From contig JAPDJO010000002.1 of assembly GCA_029259115.1 (NCBI GenBank), positions 1-64,000 of the forward strand: 64,000 nucleotides of DNA, given 5' to 3'. A program made the translations under genes and the position numbers. How positions within the stretch are numbered: the first letter of the stretch is position 1; each line of letters begins with the position of its first letter. The DNA comes from Thermoplasmatota archaeon (GTDB taxonomy: Archaea; Thermoplasmatota; E2; DHVEG-1; B18-G2). The notes under the pieces were generated by a model. The model did not search any database and had not been told where the DNA came from. It was given only the letters and a program-made list of their open reading frames with translations. Below, in pieces: positions 9,847 through 18,122 of this stretch.

Positions 9847-10961
9847 ATGAAAATCGCCATGATAGGATGGGAATACCCGCCTTTCAAGGTGGGTGGTCTC
9901 GGTACACATTGTTACTATTTAACACGCTCTCTCGCCAAACTTGGTGTCAAAATTGATTTTTTGCTCCAAAAGTTAGCAAGGAGAATAGAAAGAGCGATTT
10001 GGAGAATCTGAGGATAATTGATGTGGGAGAAACAGTCATCTATCCTTACGGAACAGAGACCAAGACTATAGATGGAGATTTCTTCACAGCAGTGGAAAAA
10101 TTCAATAAACTATGCTATGAAAAGGTGAACGGAAATTATGACCTCATACACTGTCATGACTGGTTAACAGCAAATGCAGGAATAATGCTTAAGGAAAAAC
10201 TGGGAATACCTCTCGTTCTGACGGTACATTCAACAGAATATGATAGAAGTGCCAACCTCAATCCGAATCCATGGTTCATAGATATAGAGAGGAATGCCAT
10301 GGAAAAGGCTGACAGAATCATAGCAGTGAGTCATTACACAAAGAGAATCATTGTTGAGAGATACGGGATAGATGAGAACAAAATCAGAGTCGTACACAAT
10401 GGTGTGAAACCGATAGGTGAACATGGAGAAAAGAAAAAGATTGTTCTTTACCTTGGCAGGCTAACCATGCAAAAGGGTGTGGAATTTTTCCTGAGGGCAG
10501 CGAAGAAGGTTCTTGAAAAAGAGGATTGCTCTTTTGTTGTTGCTGGAACCGGTGATATGCTCCCCCAGCTGATACATCTCTCTATAGCCCTCGGTATAGC
10601 AGATAAGGTGATGTTTACCGGCCCTCTAACAGAGGATGAGGTGAAGCACATCTACAGAATATCATCTGTATATGTGCTTCCATCTGTGAGTGAACCATTT
10701 GGTATAACCGCTCTTGAAGCCATATCTGCAGGCACTCCTGTAATAATATCAAAAAGCTCCGGTGTGGCAGAGGCTCTGAGAAACTGTTTAACCGCCGATT
10801 TCTGGGACGTTAATGAGATGGCAAACAAAATCGTCGCTCTTCTAAGATATGATGCTCTCAGGAAGACTCTAAAGGAGAATGCCAAAAAAGAATTGAGATT
10901 TCTCACATGGGATAGGGCAGCGAGAAAAACCTTAGAAGTCTACCAGGAGGTGGTTAGTTAA
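9847..10961 (+). pseudogene. GT4 glycosyltransferase (glycogen synthase-like), frameshifted at T6 run 9957-9962
   Basis: MKIAMIGWEYPPFKVGGLG from ATG 9847 runs out of frame. Adding one T at 9957-9962 gives IDFFAPKVSKENRKSDLENL, joining the 9999..10961 ORF (HCHDW, HSTE, EPFGITALEA). Confidence 0.8.
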
Positions 10962-12142
10962 TGCCCTGCGTGTGTTTCTATTTTGAGGTGCATCAGCCGT
11001 TCAGGCTGAACAGATTTTCTGTTTTCCATATCGGAGAGCAGATAGATCCATTTGAGACATATTTCAACCATAAACTGAACAGAGAAATATTCGAAAGGGC
11101 AGCAAGAAAATGTTATCTCCCAGCAACCCAGCTATTTCTTGATATCTCAGATGAACTTGGTAGAGATTTCAAGGTTTCTTTCAGCTTAACCGGCACATTC
11201 ATGGAGCACTGTGATGCATTTGCTCCTCAGGTTCTCGATAATTTTAAAGAACTCTTCAGAAGGGGTAATGCTGATCTCATTGGAGAGACCTATTATCATT
11301 CTCTCTGCAGTTTATTCGATGACCTCAGCGAATTCAGGGACCAGGTTAATCTCCATATCAAAACGTTGATGGAGAGATTTGGGTGTAGACCAAAGGTCTT
11401 CAGAAATACAGAGGCGATATTTGACAACAGGATAGCAAAAGAAGTTGAAAAGATGGGATTCAAAGGAATAATAACAGAAGGTACTGAAAGGGTTCTCGGC
11501 TGGCGCTCGCCCAATTATCTTTATCGAGCGAAAGATACAAATCTCAAAGTTCTTCTCAGAAACTACAGGTTGAGCGATGATATAGCATTCAGATTCTCAG
11601 CAAAAGACTGGGTCGGCTTTCCATTAACCGCGGATAAATTTGCAAGCTGGATAGCGAGTTGTGAGGGTCAGGTGGTTAACATCTTCATGGACTTTGAGAC
11701 GTTTGGTGAGCATCAGTGGCCAGAGACGGGGATATTCGAATTCCTGAGACATCTTCCTGCAGAGATACTCAGATTCGAGAACAACAGATTCGTAACCGTT
11801 AGCGAAGTCGTGGATATGTTTGAGCCCGTTGGTGAAATAGACGTTCCATTTGCCATATCCTGGGCTGATACAGAGAGAGATGTATCTACATGGCTTGGCA
11901 ATGACATGCAGATAGCCTGTTTTAATGAACTGAAAGAACTTGGCAGAAAGATAAAAGAGAAGAGAGATGAGAGATTACTCAAGATATGGCGACTTCTGCA
12001 AACATCGGACCATCTCTACTATCTATCAACGAAAGGGTTTGCAGATGGGGATGTCCATAAATACTTCAACCCCTATTCGACGCCTTACGAGGGATTCATT
12101 AACTATATGAATATCCTGCAGGATTTGAAACAGAGGGTATAA
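10961..12142 (+). CDS. GH57 alpha-amylase
   Basis: FEVHQP, ETYYHSL, FRNTE nucleophile region, FMDFETFGEHQW, LQTSDH motifs. Confidence 0.9.
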   Translation: MPCVCFYFEVHQPFRLNRFSVFHIGEQIDPFETYFNHKLNREIFERAARKCYLPATQLFLDISDELGRDFKVSFSLTGTFMEHCDAFAPQVLDNFKELFRRGNADLIGETYYHSLCSLFDDLSEFRDQVNLHIKTLMERFGCRPKVFRNTEAIFDNRIAKEVEKMGFKGIITEGTERVLGWRSPNYLYRAKDTNLKVLLRNYRLSDDIAFRFSAKDWVGFPLTADKFASWIASCEGQVVNIFMDFETFGEHQWPETGIFEFLRHLPAEILRFENNRFVTVSEVVDMFEPVGEIDVPFAISWADTERDVSTWLGNDMQIACFNELKELGRKIKEKRDERLLKIWRLLQTSDHLYYLSTKGFADGDVHKYFNPYSTPYEGFINYMNILQDLKQRV

Positions 12143-12155
12143 TTAAGGTGAGGAG

Positions 12156-13403
12156 ATGAAGATTGTACATTTCTCATGGGAGTTTCCTCCAACGATAGTT
12201 GGTGGACTCGGAACTGTAGCGATGGAACTATCAAGTATGCAGGTTAAGATGGGCAACGAGGTTGTGGTTTTCACTCTAAACAAGGATAACAAACTGATAA
12301 CCACAGATAACTTTAAGGGTGTAGAAGTTCACAGACCGATGATTTCAGATTTTTCATCAACCTTTTTTCTATTTGCTGATGATGAGTTAAGAAAGTGGGG
12401 TGAAGGTTTCAGATTCTTTGCAGACGTTGTTACATATAATATTCTGTCGGCATCAAAACTTGTAAATCTACTTGTTAGAAAGTATGGTAGGGCTTTCGAT
12501 ATAATACATGCCCACGACTGGCTTGTAATAATGGCAGGAATAAGCGCATAAAAGGAACTTGGAATTCCGCTGATATTTCATATTCATTCCACAGAGAAAG
12601 GCAGAACCATGGGAAGGGGCTCCAAGATTATAGAAGAAATGGAATATGCTGGTGGCGAGGAAGCGGATTGCGTGATAACTGTATCGGAAGCGATGAGAGA
12701 TGAGCTTTACAGCATGGGATTCTCTCCAAGGAAGATAAGGGTGTGCTGGAACGGCGTTGATCCTGAGAAGTACAATCCAGCGAGAGTGAGTGAAGAAGAA
12801 AGATTGACGTTACGAGAGCTCTACGGGATCAAAAATGATGAAAAGATGATATTATTTATAGGCAGGCTGGTTGGCGTAAAAGGCGCTGATAATTTGGTAA
12901 AGAGTATGCCAATGGTTCTGGAGGAATTTCCGAAGACGAAGCTCGTTATACTTGGTACAGGAGATATGGCTGAGTACATCAGGTTGCTGATAAAAAGTAT
13001 AGGTCTTCAGGATGAGGTCATACTGAGGGAGGAGTTTGTGTCAGAGGATGAAAGGATTAGACATTATGCAGCAGCAGACCTTGTAGCTTTACCATCTCTG
13101 TATGAGCCCTTTGGAATAGTTTGCACAGAGGCGATGGCAATGGAGAAACCCGTGGTGGTTGGAGCAAGGGGTACATCCGGAATGAGAGAGCAGGTCATAC
13201 CTTCTGGAGAAGAGCAGTGTGGTATCCATATAAATCCCTATGATCCAAACGATATAGCGTGGGGAATAAAGGAGATTCTGGGTAGAGAGGATTGCGGTGC
13301 ATGGATGGGTAAGAATGGAAGAAGGAGAGTTTTAAAATACTTCAGGTGGGATCAGGTTGCAGAGAGGATACTCCAGATATACCAAGAGGTTCTTTCAAGA
13401 TGA
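12156..13403 (+). pseudogene. GT4 glycosyltransferase (glycogen synthase-like) with in-frame TAA at 12549-12551
   Basis: WEFPPTIVGGLG...HAHDW then ISA*KELGIPLIFHIHSTE continues in the same frame into 12609..13403 (EPFGIVCTEAM). Confidence 0.82.
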
Positions 13404-15306
13404 TTTGCTGAAAGAGATTGGTACCAGAGTATCTCCTTTATTTGGAGAGATAGTACCATCTAACGACAGAGAGTGGTTGCTCACGAATGGTCTTGGTGGT
13501 TATGCATCGACAACCTTAACGGGCAATCTAAGAAGAAAGTTTCATGGATTGCTGATAGCAAGCCTATCTGCGCCGGTGAAAAGATGGGTTTTTGTTTCCA
13601 ATATAGAAGATGAGATTTACATCGATGGCATTCCTCAGAGATTTGAGAACCAGATGTTCGAACTTTTGCCTCTCCCTAAATTTACATGTGATTTTGGAAA
13701 GATCATTATAGAGAAGAGCTTTGTGATGCCCTATCGAGAGAATACACTGATAATAAGATACAGGTCTCTGGATGGATCCGACTTCAAGATGAGGATAAAA
13801 CCTGTTGTGAATTCAAGGCATTTTTACGACCTCAATGGCGGCGGCGTGAAATTTAGTGCTTATATTGAGGATAGAAGGATTTCGGTGAAACCTGACAACA
13901 TAGATAAGCGTTTGAATATAATCTGCAACTTTGCGGAGTTTAAAAGAAATTTTGTGTGGAGAGAGCTCAGATACGATATTGACAAAGAAAGGGGTGAAGG
14001 CTGGATAGATCACGGGCTGGAGATTGGAGAAATTGAATTGGAAAGTGAGAAAGGGGAAGCTTATGTTGTATTCACTGTAGAAGATAAGAGCTACAATCCA
14101 GAACTGGAAATGAAGAGAGAGATTGAGAGGAGGAAAGGTATCATCGACAAATCTGGTTTACCTCGTGAGATGCTTCCTCTGCTTTTAGTTGCGGATAGTT
14201 TTACTGTTGAAAGAGCTGGTTACACTACCATCATAGCCGGTTATCACTGGTTCGCAGACTGGGGGAGAGACTCTCTCATTTCTTTACCAGGTCTTTTGCT
14301 TGTGACAGGGAGATTTGGAGATGCGAGGTCCTTGCTTTTGAATCTTTCAAGATACATGCATAAAGGGCTTGTACCGAATGCATTTACGGAGAGGGAGAAT
14401 GCTCCAATATACAATTCTGTGGATGCATCTCTGTGGTTTGTGGATAGAGTTTACCAGTATCTGAAATACACAAACGATATGGAACTCCTGAAGGACATCT
14501 GGCCTAAACTTGTTTCAATGGTGGAATATTTTGAAAAAGGTACGCTCTTTGACATAAAGGTCGACGAGTATGGTCTACTTTATCATGGACCCGGTTTAAC
14601 ATGGATGGACGTGAAGATCGGAGACGAATACATCACTCCCAGGGCTGGAAAGGCGGTGGAGATACAAGCTCTCTGGTACAATGCTCTCAGGATAATGGAA
14701 AAACTTTCCTTCCTCCTTGGTGATGAAAGGAATGAACATTACCATGACCTGGCGGAGAGCGCAAGGAGATCTTTCCATGAGAAGTACAGAGAGTTCTGTG
14801 ATGTCCTTGATGGTGATTTCTCGCTGAGGCCAAACATGATATTCCTGCCTTCTCTTGACTTTATCATGATAGGTCATGATCTTTCGCGCAGGATAGTTGA
14901 GGTCATTGAAAAGGAACTTTTAACCCCATATGGGCTCAGGACGCTGAGTAGAAATGACCCCAGATACAAGCCAAGCCTGATAGGGGATTACAACAAGGAT
15001 ATCGCATATCACAACGGCTGCGTCTGGCCGTGGCTTCTGGGATTTTTTGTGAGAGCGTATTTGAAGGTAAAGGGATACAGCAAGGAGAACAGGCTGTCTG
15101 CGTTGAGGAGGTTTGTGCTACCGTTGATGGGCAATCTCATTGAAGGATGTGTAGGAAGCATAAATGAGATTTTTGATGGGGATTATCCACATCTCCCTCG
15201 AGGCTGTATATCTCAAGCATGGAGTGTTGGGGAACTGCTGAGATGCATTGTTGAGGATATCTTTTACATAAGACCAAAATATGAGGAACTTTTCAGATCC
15301 TGCTGA
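13357..15306 (+). CDS. Amylo-alpha-1,6-glucosidase (glycogen debranching enzyme)
   Basis: REWLLTNGLGGYAS, IAGYHWFADWGRD, YNSVDASLWF, TWMD, YHNGCVWPWL, QAWSVGE. True start may be TTG 13405. Confidence 0.92.
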   Translation: MQRGYSRYTKRFFQDDLLKEIGTRVSPLFGEIVPSNDREWLLTNGLGGYASTTLTGNLRRKFHGLLIASLSAPVKRWVFVSNIEDEIYIDGIPQRFENQMFELLPLPKFTCDFGKIIIEKSFVMPYRENTLIIRYRSLDGSDFKMRIKPVVNSRHFYDLNGGGVKFSAYIEDRRISVKPDNIDKRLNIICNFAEFKRNFVWRELRYDIDKERGEGWIDHGLEIGEIELESEKGEAYVVFTVEDKSYNPELEMKREIERRKGIIDKSGLPREMLPLLLVADSFTVERAGYTTIIAGYHWFADWGRDSLISLPGLLLVTGRFGDARSLLLNLSRYMHKGLVPNAFTERENAPIYNSVDASLWFVDRVYQYLKYTNDMELLKDIWPKLVSMVEYFEKGTLFDIKVDEYGLLYHGPGLTWMDVKIGDEYITPRAGKAVEIQALWYNALRIMEKLSFLLGDERNEHYHDLAESARRSFHEKYREFCDVLDGDFSLRPNMIFLPSLDFIMIGHDLSRRIVEVIEKELLTPYGLRTLSRNDPRYKPSLIGDYNKDIAYHNGCVWPWLLGFFVRAYLKVKGYSKENRLSALRRFVLPLMGNLIEGCVGSINEIFDGDYPHLPRGCISQAWSVGELLRCIVEDIFYIRPKYEELFRSC

Positions 15307-15323
15307 CCTTGTAATGTTATTCC

Positions 15324-15905
15324 TCAAAATACTCTACTTGGACTTTCTTTTCTCCTTTTTATCAAAAGTTCGATTAAACCAGGCGTTATAATCGCTTTGT
15401 TATTTAGGATTATATATCCAAAAGGAAGAATAGTAGACTCACCGTCTCCGTATTTGATTTCAACACTGTCTGCAACTTCTATATTCTCTATCTTTTCTCC
15501 AGAATAGACAAGCATGATCATCAAAACCGCACCATCTATGCTGAGTTGTTTCTTTCCCAAATTTCTTCTCTCTGCTTGAGGCAGGCGAGATGATATCAAT
15601 TCTTTCGTTCTACCCTTCGGTGGATAATCGCCGCAGATACCACCCACAACAAAGTATCTGTATTTATCAAAATCTTCAGTCCTTAAAGGTGTATCTGCAG
15701 AAGGATCCAAAATTATAGTTTCTTCGGGCTTAACTAAATCGACAAAAGACCCGGGATAAATTTTTCCAAACTGTTCCAATCTTCTATCGTTGATATTTGT
15801 GAAAATAATATTCCCCATCGCTATCTTGGAAGCATGTTTGTATTCTAATAAAACCCACTCAGTAATGGGTTCGCAGTTTTCTATGATTATAATGGGCAAT
15901 TCCAT
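15324..15905 (-). CDS. Sfm1-like SPOUT SAM-dependent methyltransferase (DUF431/COG2428 type)
   Basis: IIEN.E..EWVLLEY, ILDP.A..PL, VVGGICGDYPPKGRT, RNLGKKQLSIDGA. Confidence 0.8.
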   Translation of the reverse strand: MELPIIIIENCEPITEWVLLEYKHASKIAMGNIIFTNINDRRLEQFGKIYPGSFVDLVKPEETIILDPSADTPLRTEDFDKYRYFVVGGICGDYPPKGRTKELISSRLPQAERRNLGKKQLSIDGAVLMIMLVYSGEKIENIEVADSVEIKYGDGESTILPFGYIILNNKAIITPGLIELLIKRRKESPSRVF

Positions 15906-15924
15906 ACTTCCACTTTAAGGAAAT

Positions 15925-15985
15925 AAATGTGCCTCTACGTCGTCAAGGCGGATCATTGCTCACCGCCTCTCCCTGCGTAGAGGCA
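15925..15985 (-). ncRNA. Probable archaeal box H/ACA guide sRNA (single hairpin, K-loop)
   Basis: Minus strand reads GCCTCTACG-CAGGGAG-AGGCGG-TGAGCAATGAT-CCGCCT-TGACGA-CGTAGAGGC-ACA-TTT: 9-bp lower stem, internal pocket, 6-bp upper stem, K-loop, ACA box. TTTAAATA lies about 26 nt upstream. Confidence 0.75.
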
Positions 15986-16034
15986 ATATAATTATGATTT
16001 AATATTTAAAAATGATTTTGCATTCCAAAACCAG

Positions 16035-16700
16035 ATGGGAGAAGAATTATCTTATGTTGATGAGATAATGGAGATTTTGAAGAAAGAGCTTAGAGATTAT
16101 GAGGATTTTCAGAATCAGAAGTGGAAAAAGATAGAGAAAACTCCTTTCACGGTTTTGATATCATGTTTACTCAGTTTGAGAACAAAGGATGAAGTAACGA
16201 TAGAATCTTCAATAAGATTGCTGAGCAAGTATAGAACACCGAAAGATATGGCTAAGGCTGATGTAAAAGAAATAGAGAAACTCATATATCCAGTTGGATT
16301 CTATAAAACAAAGGCAAGAAGGATAAAAGAGATATCAAAACTCTTAGTTGAGAATTACAACGGAAAGGTTCCGGATAGTTTCGACGAGTTAATCAAGATA
16401 AAAGGTATAGGCAGAAAGACAGCAAACATAGTTATGATGTATGGATATGATAGGGAAGATTATCTAGCCATAGATACTCATTGTCACAGAATACCAAACA
16501 GAATAGGTTGGATAAAAACGAAGACTCCAGAGGAAACCGAAAGAGAACTAAAGAAGAAACTGCCAAAGAAATACTGGAAAGATTTCAATCATTTATTTGT
16601 AAGATTTGGGCAGAGGATATGCCTACCAATATCGCCAAAATGTAGCGAATGCCCTATAGAGAAATTTTGTAAAAAGATTGGTGTGGATAGACATAGATAA
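16035..16700 (+). CDS. nth: Endonuclease III
   Basis: LLSLRTKDE, HhH motif KGIGRKTAN, IDTHCHR, 4Fe-4S motif CLPISPKCSECPIEKFC. Confidence 0.93.
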   Translation: MGEELSYVDEIMEILKKELRDYEDFQNQKWKKIEKTPFTVLISCLLSLRTKDEVTIESSIRLLSKYRTPKDMAKADVKEIEKLIYPVGFYKTKARRIKEISKLLVENYNGKVPDSFDELIKIKGIGRKTANIVMMYGYDREDYLAIDTHCHRIPNRIGWIKTKTPEETERELKKKLPKKYWKDFNHLFVRFGQRICLPISPKCSECPIEKFCKKIGVDRHR

Positions 16701-18122
16701 TTAATCCTTTTTGGTGAGCAGACTAACAAAGATAACCAAGAAAAATGAAATCAGAAATGCAGGAAGCATTCCAGGGATAGGAGGATACAAGAGGTATTTT
16801 CCTCCAAGTTTATCCCAAGCTATGACTGTTATGGTCCCAGATATCATACCTGCAAGGGCGCCTTCTCTGGTTGTTTTTCGCCACCATAGAGACAGAAGAA
16901 TCACAGGTCCTAGAGAGGCAGCAAGACCACCCCATGCAAACGCTACCAGAAGATAAATAACTCCACCCTCTATTGCTAGAATAAACGCTATTACAGCTAA
17001 CACCAGAACAACTATTCTACTCATCATCAGTAATCTCTTCTGATCAGCATCTTTCCTGATTAGCTTATGGTAGACATCTTCAACAATAGCTGATGCTGCA
17101 ACAAGAAGTTGAGAGTCTGCAGTGGACATTATTGCAGCTGTTATAGCAGCTATAACAATACCTGCAAACCATCTTGGTAATAACTCTAATGCTAATGCTG
17201 GCATCACTCTTTCTGGATCTGCTAGACTTCCAAAATACGCTAATCCAGCCAGTCCTACAATTACAGCTCCCCACAAGCTTACCAATGCCCATGTTACGCC
17301 TATTGCAGTGCTTTCTCTCAACTTCTTCCTATCTCTTATAGCCATGTATCTAGTCAAAATATGGGGCTGACCAGTGTATCCTAGCATCCAAGATAAACTT
17401 CCAGCTATGAAAATCAGAGATGCAAAACCAGAAAAGCTAAAGGTTATCGAAGAGAAAGAAGGATTCATAGACCCTATTGTTGAAAATAGCTTACCTAATC
17501 CCCCAATCTTCATTATCGCAACTACTGGAAGAATAAGCAATATCGCAACCATTAGCAAACCTTGGAAAACATCCGTCCAAGCAACCGCAAAGAAGCCACC
17601 TGTCATAGTATAGAATGTCAGTATCACAGCCCCTAAGATTAAAGATGAGCTGTAATCCCATCCGAAAGTTTCACTTATTATCTTTCCCCCTGCAACAAAT
17701 TGGGCAGATACGTATGAAACCATGAACAGTGCTATTATAGAGGTTGATACTGCCCTTATCAAATGGCTTTTGTCAGCAAACCTATCTTCAAGATAGTCTG
17801 GTATGGTTATTGATCTGAGTTTTTCAGTATAGTATCTAAGCTTGTCAGAGATTCCTATCCATCCCAATAATGTTCCCAATGCACAACCTATGGCTACCCA
17901 CAGAGAGGAAATGCCATACATAAATGCTCTTCCAGGTAAACCCAGAACGAGCCATCCACTCATATCCGAAGCTTCCGCACTTATAGCTACAGGTAAAACT
18001 CCTAACTTTCTACCTGCTATCAAAAAATCATCCAAACTCTTGCTTAATCTAGCTGTGTATATCCCTATGACTATCAGGACTATAAGATAAAGGATAAAGG
18101 CTAGGGTTAGAGTATCGATCAT
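16701..18122 (-). CDS. putP: Sodium/proline symporter (SSS family)
   Basis: FLIAGRKLG, ASDMSGWLVLGLPG, GGFFAVAWTD, GQPHILTRYM, AAIMSTADSQLL; many TM helices. Confidence 0.88.
   Translation of the reverse strand: MIDTLTLAFILYLIVLIVIGIYTARLSKSLDDFLIAGRKLGVLPVAISAEASDMSGWLVLGLPGRAFMYGISSLWVAIGCALGTLLGWIGISDKLRYYTEKLRSITIPDYLEDRFADKSHLIRAVSTSIIALFMVSYVSAQFVAGGKIISETFGWDYSSSLILGAVILTFYTMTGGFFAVAWTDVFQGLLMVAILLILPVVAIMKIGGLGKLFSTIGSMNPSFSSITFSFSGFASLIFIAGSLSWMLGYTGQPHILTRYMAIRDRKKLRESTAIGVTWALVSLWGAVIVGLAGLAYFGSLADPERVMPALALELLPRWFAGIVIAAITAAIMSTADSQLLVAASAIVEDVYHKLIRKDADQKRLLMMSRIVVLVLAVIAFILAIEGGVIYLLVAFAWGGLAASLGPVILLSLWWRKTTREGALAGMISGTITVIAWDKLGGKYLLYPPIPGMLPAFLISFFLVIFVSLLTKKD

Noticed and set aside
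12549-12551. Selenocysteine or pyrrolysine recoding of the in-frame stop
   Set aside because: The codon is TAA, not TGA or TAG, and lies at a non-catalytic Lys-like position.
6000-15320. Genomic islands integrated at tRNA-Glu or tRNA-Ser
   Set aside because: No integrase and no duplicated tRNA 3' end (att site) found by eye on either side.
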